Of a stretch of 64,000 bases of DNA, positions 32,501 through 40,361 are shown one piece after another (position 1 is the stretch's first letter; each line of letters opens with the position of its first letter). The notes beneath the pieces were generated by a model, which saw only the letters and a program-made list of their open reading frames with translations, had not been told where the DNA came from and searched no databases. Location: contig OY969585.1 of NCBI GenBank assembly GCA_963701295.1, positions 3,264,001-3,328,000 on the forward strand. The letters are read 5' to 3'. Source of the DNA: Ignavibacteriota bacterium. Lineage in GTDB: Bacteria; Bacteroidota; Ignavibacteria; UBA10030. The position numbers and the translations under genes are program-made.

Positions 32501-33070
32501 GTCGATATCTTGAGAAAGCTTGCCAGCAAGCTGCATACGGAATCCGGAATTCAATGAGAGGTCACTATTAGAACCGACAGAAAAACCGCGTACAATCGAT
32601 CCGCTTTTTTGAAGACCGGATCCAAAAAAATCATCCGAGAAGAGCTTTGTTGATAACGGTGAAATGACCTTTTTTTCTTTGCCTACAGAATCCCGGAGAA
32701 TTTCAATTTGCCGAAGTGAATATTCGTGTTTGAAGTTTATGGGAAGTGCACGGTATGTAACCGTCATCTTATGAGAAAGCGAGTCAGAAAGTAACGAGGC
32801 AATAAATTTCGGAAGAAAAAGAATCTGCCCGTATCGGTAATTCATTCGAAAGTCGCGCATTCGTTCCAAGTGTCGCAGTGAATCGATTATAATATGTTCA
32901 CTTCCTTCGATGATAAATTCCTGCGGCAGTTGATAGAGTGTATCGGATCTATGAAGTGTGAATACTGCGGAAAGATGGCTAAAAGAGACCTGAGTTCCAG
33001 ATGTCTGCGCGGATAGGGGGAAAGATGGAAATACCGTTATGAGAAGAACAAGAGAAAGTGAATACTTCAT
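29534..33070 (-). CDS. Large exported, probably outer-membrane beta-barrel protein of unknown function
   Basis: 1178 aa, signal peptide, alternating beta-strand pattern, C-terminal aromatic residue (EAKAFF), two GS-x-V...DY-x-IDY-x-x-G-x-(I/V)-x-F-like modules. Confidence 0.7.
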   Translation of the reverse strand: MKYSLSLVLLITVFPSFPLSAQTSGTQVSFSHLSAVFTLHRSDTLYQLPQEFIIEGSEHIIIDSLRHLERMRDFRMNYRYGQILFLPKFIASLLSDSLSHKMTVTYRALPINFKHEYSLRQIEILRDSVGKEKKVISPLSTKLFSDDFFGSGLQKSGSIVRGFSVGSNSDLSLNSGFRMQLAGKLSQDIDVTAALTDENSPLQPEGTTQTLQEVDKVYVEIKNPHYSATLGDFDLQIDQKEGGEFGRLNRKLQGGRGTASFDRIGGSDLDGSMSLTGATARGKYATNQFQGIEGVQGPYRLTGNNGENRLVIIAGSDRVYLNGELMARGEVNDYVIDYAGGEVTFSSRRLITNASRITIDFEYSDQQFVRNLIAGSLSESAFGHGLKLNVSFAQEADDPDSPIDFSLNDSTRAILRQSGGDRMKASVSGIAKVDTGKGQYILQDTVINGRHYSILEYSPGDSLARYTAYFSPVESVPADSAGYDRVATGEFHFKGIGEGSYIPVQFLPMPQLHQVIDVNGQASLGSDFSLSGEYAMSRFDQNRFSIDDTSSMKGGAFMFAARYNPKRLIIGGSNIGEVDAHISDRFVDRRFLAMDRVNEVEFNRKWNLTEVATADEDIQEFSFAYRPTRSVSGVASYGALSRPGEVQSTRTQIDLGIADSNLATAQYQIEMINTSNTLLHDGSHWTRQHGIAEYEIAKWRPGFRIESEERIAMPTGLDSMSLGSFRFLEIAPRLTTAEYAKMTASFELQFRTEDSAAVGALHRASQSVTQLYTWQLNDNQLLSSSLALNLRNVEFTDEFKSHGNLNSDAVLVRSQTRFTPFQRAIETDLYYEFSNQRSAQLERIFVRVTPGSGNYRYLGDKNGNGVVDEDDFELTRFDGDYIVVYLPSDQLYPVADLKASIRLRLQPARLIPASSEWFNKVLRSISTETYLRVDEKSKETDTKQIYLLNFSRFLNDQTTIAGSQQITQDVFLFENNSDLSFRFRYNEQYGLSQFVSGVEESYTQEKSIRVRSQLVQEIGNQTDFINKTDRLTAFPASTSERDLVSNALLSDFSYKPALNWEVGFNFGVTEIVNSFAGINATANINVEGIRIVQSFPGEGQLQAEVNREEVVLANVKDPTLSLPYEFTEGKVIGQSYLWQLIFDFRISSNLQLSINYNGRSEGGHTPVHFARMEAKAFF

Positions 33071-33382
33071 TAATTACGCCGAAGATATATGAATAAAGAT
33101 TGGTATTAGTACTTCATAGGCATCTCCTAATATTCACTTATGATCGAACAGCCTGCACTGTTGATTCTTATTATGAAAGATAATGAATTACAGCATTCAC
33201 TACAACTCTATTTTTACAATCGAACTCACTTCGCCTCGTTTTACAGTATCTCCCTCCTACTGTTACGACAGAGGGGAGGAGAATGTGAAGATCCGCCAAA
33301 ATAAAACAGGTTCAATTGTCACAACTTTCATTATTCGATTTCTGCACAAAATAATAAAATTTCGTTGGGGGCAGTTGAATCG

Positions 33383-33414
33383 AAAAAAAAACCTGTGAAC
33401 GTGAAACTCACAGG
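33383..33414 (-). terminator. Rho-independent terminator after tRNA-Leu
   Basis: Minus strand CCTGTGA-GTTTCACGT-TCACAGG followed by a T run. Confidence 0.85.
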
Positions 33415-33422
33415 CTATCATG

Positions 33423-33508
33423 TGCCGAAGGGGGGACTCGAACCCCCACTCGGTTTGAGCCAAACTGGATTTTGAGTCCAGCGCGTCTACCAATTCCGCC
33501 ACTTCGGC
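33423..33508 (-). tRNA. tRNA-Leu (CAA)
   Basis: GCCGAAG acceptor stem, TGGCGGAATTGGTAGACGC D-arm, CTGGA-CTCAAAA-TCCAG anticodon arm, long variable arm, GGTTCGAGTCC T-arm, discriminator A; CCA not encoded. Confidence 0.97.
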
Positions 33509-33510
33509 AT

Positions 33511-33753
33511 TTATATATTAAGAATATCTTTTAAAAGTTCTCTTCCTTGTCCTGATTTAAGAAACTTCTCACGTTCCGCTGCCTGCTTCCTATCTAAATA
33601 ATTCTCTATGTGTACAAATACCAGTGGTCGTCTTCCTTTTGTCGCTGATACTCTTCCTGAATTATGTTCCTCAATCCTCCGAGAGATGTTGTTAGTCAAT
33701 CCTATATACAACTTCCCATCTTTTTTTGAATACAATACGTAAACGAATTCCAC
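33511..33753 (-). CDS. Small stand-alone GIY-YIG nuclease (80 aa, UPF0213/SLX1-like)
   Basis: GTG start; FVYVL...LYIG...RRIEEHNSG...EREKFLKSGQGR; stop is 2 nt before the tRNA 5' end. Confidence 0.88.
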   Translation of the reverse strand: MEFVYVLYSKKDGKLYIGLTNNISRRIEEHNSGRVSATKGRRPLVFVHIENYLDRKQAAEREKFLKSGQGRELLKDILNI

Positions 33754-33828
33754 TTGAGTCCAACGCGGTCGCCTTCGGCGACCAAGTCTACCTTTGCCCG
33801 CCGAAGGCGGGAATTCCGCCACTTCGGC
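33754..33828 (-). pseudogene. Duplicated 5' half of tRNA-Leu(CAA) interrupted by two 19-nt hairpin insertions
   Basis: GCCGAAGTGGCGGAATT[19 nt]GGTAGAC[19 nt]GCGTTGGACTCAA matches the intact tRNA through the anticodon with one substitution. Confidence 0.92.
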
Positions 33829-33843
33829 TTCTTTAATGTATGT

Positions 33844-33872
33844 AATATATCAAGGAATGATTTTTGAAACAA
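33844..33872 (-). promoter_or_regulatory. Putative sigma70 promoter for the tRNA-fragment/GIY-YIG/tRNA unit
   Basis: TTGTTT-N17-TATATT, 15 nt upstream of the tRNA fragment. Confidence 0.55.
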
Positions 33873-33945
33873 GGTTTTTCTTGCGGGGCACTCTTTGACT
33901 TTGCAGGCATATTTGGATAGATTTCTTGGCATAGAAAAGAATAAT

Positions 33946-34380
33946 ATGATTGATTGCGTTTTCTGCAAAATAATATCCAAAAAAATACCTGCTGAAATTT
34001 TATTTGAGAACGACCACGTCGTCTCTCTCCTTGATATTAATCCAATTCATTTTGGCCATGCGTTGATCCTGCCTAAACAGCATTGCAGGGATTTCCTGGA
34101 TTTGCCTTCTGAGGCATATCAATCCATTTTGGAAGCAGCTAAAATAGTAACGAATGCACTGGTCCAAAGTTTGAATCTTGAAGGATACAATATTTTCTCT
34201 AACAATGGCCAGATTGCCGGACAGTCAGTGTTTCACTTTCATCTCCATGTCACACCTCGATATCCCGATGACAACATTCGTTTCGTTCTGAAGCTCAAAC
34301 AGTATCCTGATGGTGAATTGAAGCGTTACGGAGCAATAATCCGCCAACACATTCAACAACCATCAGCACAGAGGCGATAG
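33946..34380 (+). CDS. HIT family hydrolase
   Basis: DCVFCKII, AGQSVFHFHLHV histidine triad. Confidence 0.92.
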   Translation: MIDCVFCKIISKKIPAEILFENDHVVSLLDINPIHFGHALILPKQHCRDFLDLPSEAYQSILEAAKIVTNALVQSLNLEGYNIFSNNGQIAGQSVFHFHLHVTPRYPDDNIRFVLKLKQYPDGELKRYGAIIRQHIQQPSAQRR

Positions 34381-34386
34381 AAAACA

Positions 34387-35721
34387 ATGACACAGTATGT
34401 TAAATTAATTCCACCATCTGCAGGTCAAAAAATTCGCATTCAAAATGGGAAATTAAATGTTCCTGACCATCCGATCATCCCTTTCATCGAAGGTGACGGC
34501 ACTGGACCAGACATTTGGCGTGCATCTCAACGAGTCCTTGACTCTGCTGTCACTAAGGCCTATGGTGAGACAAAGAAGATTGTCTGGTTTGAAGTATTCG
34601 CCGGTGAAAAAGCGAATGAAGTGTACAGACCGAATACATGGCTGCACGATGACACGATCGAAGCATTCAAGGAATATCTCGTTGGTATAAAGGGTCCGCT
34701 GACGACACCCATCGGCGGCGGTATTCGTTCGTTAAATGTAGCACTCCGCCAAATCCTCGATCTATATGTCTGTTTACGGCCTGTTCGATGGTTTACAGGT
34801 GTTCCTTCTCCGGTCAAGCATCCGGAAAAAGTTGACATGGTCATCTTCCGCGAAAACACGGAAGACATCTATGCAGGAATTGAATACCAAAGCGGCACGC
34901 CAGAAGCACAAAAAGTGCTGGATTTCATTGCGAAAGAATTTCCGAGACAGTTCTCAAAAATTCGATTTGGAACAAAACAAGGTTCGGAGGATTTTTGGAA
35001 ATTAGCCGGCGTACAGAATTTTTCCAATGATGTGATGGTCGGTGTTGGAATCAAACCTGTCAGTTATTCGGGAAGCGTTCGCCTCATCCAGAGTGCCATC
35101 AGTTATGCAATCAAGAACAATCGGAAAAGCGTATCATTGGTGCACAAAGGGAACATCATGAAATTTACTGAAGGCGCATTCCGCGATTGGGGATATCAGG
35201 TTGCGAAACAGTACTTTGGTGCCGAAGAAATCGATGGTGGACCTTGGTGCCGCATTCCCAAAGGTAAACCGGGTGCCGGCATCGTTATCAAAGATGCAAT
35301 TGCGGATATTACTCTCCAGCAAGTTCTCACTCGCCCTGAAGACTTTGATGTTATCGCAACATTGAATCTTAATGGCGATTATCTTTCGGATGCACTTGCT
35401 GCACAAGTCGGAGGAATTGGCATTGCTCCAGGCGGCAACATCAATTACATCTCAGGTCATGCTATATTTGAAGCCACGCATGGTACTGCCCCAAAGTACG
35501 CGAATCTTGATAAAGTAAATCCTGGTTCTCTTATTCTCTCAGGAGAGATGATGCTCCGCTATATAGGTTGGACACAAGCTGCAGACCTCATCATCAAAGG
35601 ATTAGAGAGCGCAATTCAATCAAAAGTAGTGACGTATGATTTTGCCCGGTTGATGGAAGGCGCAACAGAAGTGAAGTGTTCAGAATTTGGCAATACTATT
35701 ATTAAGAATATGTCATTATAA
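34387..35721 (+). CDS. icd: Isocitrate dehydrogenase (NADP+, dimeric type)
   Basis: [53 protein letters not shown]. Confidence 0.96.
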   Translation: MTQYVKLIPPSAGQKIRIQNGKLNVPDHPIIPFIEGDGTGPDIWRASQRVLDSAVTKAYGETKKIVWFEVFAGEKANEVYRPNTWLHDDTIEAFKEYLVGIKGPLTTPIGGGIRSLNVALRQILDLYVCLRPVRWFTGVPSPVKHPEKVDMVIFRENTEDIYAGIEYQSGTPEAQKVLDFIAKEFPRQFSKIRFGTKQGSEDFWKLAGVQNFSNDVMVGVGIKPVSYSGSVRLIQSAISYAIKNNRKSVSLVHKGNIMKFTEGAFRDWGYQVAKQYFGAEEIDGGPWCRIPKGKPGAGIVIKDAIADITLQQVLTRPEDFDVIATLNLNGDYLSDALAAQVGGIGIAPGGNINYISGHAIFEATHGTAPKYANLDKVNPGSLILSGEMMLRYIGWTQAADLIIKGLESAIQSKVVTYDFARLMEGATEVKCSEFGNTIIKNMSL

Positions 35722-35816
35722 AGCCAACACCGATTCAACATACCCCATGCTGTAAGCTGTTTATTGGTTCTTTTTTTCATTCCTTGAAAGACTCTGCATT
35801 TTTTAGTATCATTAAT

Positions 35817-36131
35817 ATGGAATTACTTCAGGGAATCAACATGAATCAAGTTTCAACACCCAAACCTCTTCAACAGGAAGAAAAAGACGTCGATGTTTTG
35901 GTTGAACAACCTGCGAGGGTGATCCTATACAACGACGAAGTCCATTCCTTTGACGAGGTTATCGGGCAAATTATAAAAGCCGTCGGATGCGATACAACCA
36001 AAGCTGAAGCATTAACCTGGGAAGTCCATAATAGCGGCAAGGCAATGGTGTTTGAAGGACAGATGACAGAATGTTTAAAAGTATCGCACGTGCTGGAAGA
36101 AATTGCGTTGAATACGCAGATTGAAGTATAA
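35817..36131 (+). CDS. clpS: ClpS-family adaptor
   Basis: VILYNDEVHSFDEVI, EVHNSGKAMV; start uncertain (35784/35817/35841). Confidence 0.85.
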   Translation: MELLQGINMNQVSTPKPLQQEEKDVDVLVEQPARVILYNDEVHSFDEVIGQIIKAVGCDTTKAEALTWEVHNSGKAMVFEGQMTECLKVSHVLEEIALNTQIEV

Positions 36132-36136
36132 TCCTC

Positions 36137-38914
36137 ATGACCTCTTCGGAAATCCGAAACAGTTTTCTGAAATTCTTTGAAGATCGCGCACACACCATTG
36201 TTCCGAGCGCTCCAGTTGTACCGTACGACGATCCAACCCTGCTCTTCGCTAATGCAGGCATGAACCAATTCAAGGATGTCTTTCTTGGTACCGGAAAACG
36301 CAGTTATACACGCGCAACGGACACGCAAAAGTGCATCCGTGTAAGCGGCAAGCACAATGATCTTGAAGAAGTCGGACGCGATACGTATCATCATACATTC
36401 TTTGAGATGCTCGGTAACTGGTCCTTTGGCGATTACTATAAGAAGGAAGCCATCGAATGGGCCTGGGAACTTCTAACAAAAGTCTGGGGACTTCCGAAGG
36501 ACCGACTCTGGGCAACAGTATATAAAGACGATCAAGAAGCCGAACAATTGTGGAAATCAGTTACAGACATCGATCCGAATCACATATTACGCTTCGGTGA
36601 AAAAGATAATTTTTGGGAAATGGGCGAGACCGGACCGTGCGGGCCGTGCTCTGAAATTCACATTGACCGAACTCCGGATGGTACAGCTACTGCTTCGATG
36701 GTAAATGCTGGAGTTGCAGATGTCATGGAGATCTGGAATCTCGTCTTCATTCAGTACAATCGAGATGAAACCGGCAAGCTTACTCCCCTGCCTGCAAAAC
36801 ATGTTGATACCGGAATGGGATTCGAGCGTATATGTGCAGTACTACAAGAGATAATATCTAATTATGAAACAGACGTTTTTTGGCCTATTATTAAGAAGAT
36901 TCAAGACATTGTTGGAAAAGTTTATGAGCAGGAATCTTCCGGTTACTATTTGAGCGGAGAACAGCGGAATAACAACGAAGCAATGAGAGTCATTTCAGAT
37001 CATGTTCGAACTTTAACATTCGCAATTGGAGACGGTGCAACTCCGAGCAATGAAGGAAGAGGATATGTTCTACGCCGAATACTTCGTCGCGCCGCCAGAT
37101 TTGGAAGAAATCTTGGGATGCATGAACCATTTATTTATCAGCTCGTACCGACTCTTGTTGAAACGATGAGCTATATCTTCCCTGAGATTAAAACGAACCA
37201 AGACCACATACAACGAGTAATAAAGGGTGAGGAAGAAAGCTTTAATGCTACGCTGGATCGTGGTCTGGAAAAATTTGAAGATGTGGTAAAACAAATTGGT
37301 CATTCCAAAACTTTTCCCGGTGAAGATGCGTTCAAGCTCTACGATACTTTTGGATTTCCACTTGATCTTACAGAGTTAATGGCAACCGAACGAGAATTGA
37401 AAGTTGAAGTTGGCATTTTTACTAAATTAATGGAGGAACAAAGATCAAGATCGCGCTGGCAAAACTTTAACCTTCCATCGACATATACTGGTAAATCGAA
37501 TGATCCAGATTGGTTAATCAGTAAACAAAGGGCAAGAGAATTTGGCTCTTCTTTGTTAGCGGGTAAGACAAATTTTGTGGGCTATGAGTTGCTCAACACA
37601 TCCGCAAAAGTACTTGCGGCTACTGATTATTTGGTTTGGTTAGACAATACTTCTTTCTATGCTGAATCAGGTGGACAAGAAGAAGATACAGGTATTATCT
37701 ACTTGAAAGATGAAATAATTGAAGTCATCCATACTCAAAAAGCTGATGACGTAATTGTCCATACGGTACGGCAGCCAAATAAACTTAAAGAAGGAGATGC
37801 TGTTAAAGTTGAAGTCGATATTCCTCGCCGTCTCTCCATCATGCGCAATCATTCTGCGACACACTTGCTTCATAAGGCATTACGACAAATCCTTGGAACT
37901 CACGTTCAACAAGCAGGGTCGCTTGTCGCGCCGGATTATTTCCGGTTCGATTTTTCACATTTCGCAAAACTCAGCGAACAAGAACTCACCGACATTGAAG
38001 CGTTGGTGAATGAAAAGATTAAGGAAAACATTCCACGCACTCCCGGATTGAACAATATCCCGTTTGAAGATGCCAAGAAAATGGAAGCATTAATGTTCTC
38101 TAGCGATAAATACGGAGAGCGTGTGAACGTCATTCAGTTTGGAGATTTCAGTACGGAATTTTGCGGCGGCACTCACGTCGACAACACCGGTGAAATTGGG
38201 TATTTTAAAATTCGCAGTGAAGGCAGTATAGCAAGCGGTGTACGAAGAATTGAAGGTGTAACTGGTACGTATGCAGTTAGTTATCTTATCGAACAAGAGC
38301 AAGAATTCGCAGACGAATATGATTTTGCATATAATCGATTCGAGGAAATATTCAAGTCACAAATTAAAGATCTGAAAGAGCTTCCGAATATTCCAAATCA
38401 GGCTTCACCGGAATTAGCCGGTTATTTTGCTCAATTGCACAAATACAGAATAATTCTAAAAAATGTTATTGAGCAAGACAATGAAACAAAGAAAACGATG
38501 GAAAAAGAGCGAGCGAAATCCCGTTTAAAATCGCTTTCCGGCTCAATGGATGAAATGATTTCTTCCGCAGTTTCTGTTGACAACATCAAGTTGGTCGCAA
38601 CAAAAGTTTCTGCCACTTCGATCGATGAATTGAAATCGCTCGGTGACTCACTCCGTGCCAAGCTCGGCAGCGGCGTTGGAGTGCTAGCTTCAGTTATAGA
38701 AGACAAAGTGCAGCTGGTGTGTGTTGTGACGGACGACCTTGTTACCGCAAAAAAGATTGAAGCAGGCAAAGTAGTCGGCGCAGTTGCAAAAATAGTAGGC
38801 GGCAGCGGTGGCGGACGTCCGCATATGGCAACTGCAGGCGGAAAAGATATAGTGAAGATAGATGAAGCACTATCTTACACAAAATCTATTGTTGAATCTC
38901 TTTTAAAAAAATAG
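36137..38914 (+). CDS. alaS: Alanyl-tRNA synthetase
   Basis: LLFANAGMNQFK, FEMLGNWSFGDY, DTGMGFER, RRILRRA, NHSATHL, FCGGTH, GGGRP. Confidence 0.97.
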   Translation: MTSSEIRNSFLKFFEDRAHTIVPSAPVVPYDDPTLLFANAGMNQFKDVFLGTGKRSYTRATDTQKCIRVSGKHNDLEEVGRDTYHHTFFEMLGNWSFGDYYKKEAIEWAWELLTKVWGLPKDRLWATVYKDDQEAEQLWKSVTDIDPNHILRFGEKDNFWEMGETGPCGPCSEIHIDRTPDGTATASMVNAGVADVMEIWNLVFIQYNRDETGKLTPLPAKHVDTGMGFERICAVLQEIISNYETDVFWPIIKKIQDIVGKVYEQESSGYYLSGEQRNNNEAMRVISDHVRTLTFAIGDGATPSNEGRGYVLRRILRRAARFGRNLGMHEPFIYQLVPTLVETMSYIFPEIKTNQDHIQRVIKGEEESFNATLDRGLEKFEDVVKQIGHSKTFPGEDAFKLYDTFGFPLDLTELMATERELKVEVGIFTKLMEEQRSRSRWQNFNLPSTYTGKSNDPDWLISKQRAREFGSSLLAGKTNFVGYELLNTSAKVLAATDYLVWLDNTSFYAESGGQEEDTGIIYLKDEIIEVIHTQKADDVIVHTVRQPNKLKEGDAVKVEVDIPRRLSIMRNHSATHLLHKALRQILGTHVQQAGSLVAPDYFRFDFSHFAKLSEQELTDIEALVNEKIKENIPRTPGLNNIPFEDAKKMEALMFSSDKYGERVNVIQFGDFSTEFCGGTHVDNTGEIGYFKIRSEGSIASGVRRIEGVTGTYAVSYLIEQEQEFADEYDFAYNRFEEIFKSQIKDLKELPNIPNQASPELAGYFAQLHKYRIILKNVIEQDNETKKTMEKERAKSRLKSLSGSMDEMISSAVSVDNIKLVATKVSATSIDELKSLGDSLRAKLGSGVGVLASVIEDKVQLVCVVTDDLVTAKKIEAGKVVGAVAKIVGGSGGGRPHMATAGGKDIVKIDEALSYTKSIVESLLKK

Positions 38915-38925
38915 CAGGAAATCTG

Positions 38926-39669
38926 ATGACAACTCTCGAACATCTTCTCCAAATCAAACGCGATCGCGGTGCAGGGTATCTGCTCTTAGTTGATCCGGAT
39001 AAAATCGATAAAGCAAAATTTCCAGCCTTCATCCGAGAAGCAACAACAGCAGGTGCAGATGCATTCCTCGTCGGCGGGAGCTTAATGCTTTCCAATGAGT
39101 TTGATGAAACATTGAAAACCATAAAAGAGAACACAAAGGCACCGGTTATTATCTTCCCCGGAAGCGTTTCACAAGTTTCACCTGAAGCAGATGCGATTCT
39201 TTTTTTACTTTTGATCAGCGGACGCAATCCGGATCATCTAATCGGCAATCAAGTTATTGCAGCTCCTATTATCAAACGAATGGGATTAGAAGCAATCTCA
39301 ACTGGATATATGCTTATCGATGGCGGCAATGTCACTTCCGCCGAGTTTATGAGTAATACGAAACCTATTCCGCGTGAAAAGTTAGACATAGCCGTTGCCC
39401 ATGCACTTGCAGCTGAGTTGATCGGCTTAAAAATGCTCTACCTCGAAGCAGGCAGTGGAGCAAAACAATCCGTACCGGATGAAATGATAAAAAAAGTAAC
39501 TCAGTATTGTTCCCTTCCTGTCATTGTGGGCGGCGGTATTTGCACGCCCGAAGAAGCTCGGAACAAAATCAAAGCTGGCGCTTCATTCGTTGTCACTGGA
39601 ACGATCATCGAACAGAACTCAAACGGTAAGGTCATTAAAGAGTTTGCACAGGCAATTCACAAATCATAA
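38926..39669 (+). CDS. Geranylgeranylglyceryl phosphate synthase (group II GGGPS)
   Basis: LVDPDK, FLVGGS, IFPG, SGRNP, YLEAGSGA, VGGGI, VTGT. Confidence 0.88.
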   Translation: MTTLEHLLQIKRDRGAGYLLLVDPDKIDKAKFPAFIREATTAGADAFLVGGSLMLSNEFDETLKTIKENTKAPVIIFPGSVSQVSPEADAILFLLLISGRNPDHLIGNQVIAAPIIKRMGLEAISTGYMLIDGGNVTSAEFMSNTKPIPREKLDIAVAHALAAELIGLKMLYLEAGSGAKQSVPDEMIKKVTQYCSLPVIVGGGICTPEEARNKIKAGASFVVTGTIIEQNSNGKVIKEFAQAIHKS

Positions 39670-39695
39670 AAAATATTTACAAGCGGACATCCTTT

Positions 39696-40301
39696 ATGAC
39701 TCCCTTGCACAGTACTATAAAATCGAGAAATCAGTTTATCTCTGATTCATTGAAAGAAAGCAGCGAGACAAAACTCCATATTCTGCAACAGTGTTCAGGA
39801 GAAATCTCAAAAGCAATCGACCTTATCATCCAAGCATTCAAAACGAAGAAAAAAGTCTTGCTTTGTGGTAATGGCGGCAGTGCCGCTGATGCGCAACACC
39901 TTGCAACCGAATTTGTTATTCGCCTGAGTCCACATATCAAACGTCCGGGTCTTCCGGCAATAGCGCTTACAACAGATTCGTCGAATCTGACTGCGGGTGC
40001 GAACGATCTTGGATATGACAATGTTTTCACGCGCTCCATCGAAGCTCTTGGCAATGAGGGCGATGTGTTGATAGGAATCTCTACAAGTGGCAACTCCGCG
40101 AGCGTGAATCGCGCATTTCAAAAAGCACATGAGATGAAACTTGTAACAATTGGTTTCCTTGGTAAAGACGGCGGTAAGTCTAAAAAACTTGCTGATCTTG
40201 CCATCATTATACCATCAAATGATACACAACGCATTCAAGAAGGTCACATCACTGTCGGTCATATCATTTTTCAACAAGTTGAGCAGGAAATGTTTGGCTG
40301 A
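39696..40301 (+). CDS. gmhA: D-sedoheptulose-7-phosphate isomerase
   Basis: CGNGGSAADAQH, ANDLGY, ISTSGNS, RIQEGH. Confidence 0.94.
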   Translation: MTPLHSTIKSRNQFISDSLKESSETKLHILQQCSGEISKAIDLIIQAFKTKKKVLLCGNGGSAADAQHLATEFVIRLSPHIKRPGLPAIALTTDSSNLTAGANDLGYDNVFTRSIEALGNEGDVLIGISTSGNSASVNRAFQKAHEMKLVTIGFLGKDGGKSKKLADLAIIIPSNDTQRIQEGHITVGHIIFQQVEQEMFG

Positions 40302-40361
40302 CGTGGCAATCAGGAATTCGGGATTGGGAATGCAATTATTTTATTCACTCTTCATTGACTA

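Noticed and set aside
33263-33502. 79-aa ORF MAELVDALDSKSS...
   Set aside because: Spurious translation of the tRNA-Leu gene and its terminator.
33754-33822. 23-aa N-terminal extension of the GIY-YIG ORF in the ORF track
   Set aside because: It is the translation of the tRNA fragment and hairpins; the domain starts at GTG 33753.
33511-33828. Group I intron in the tRNA anticodon loop
   Set aside because: There is no room for a ribozyme core, and the downstream copy is a complete tRNA rather than a 3' exon.
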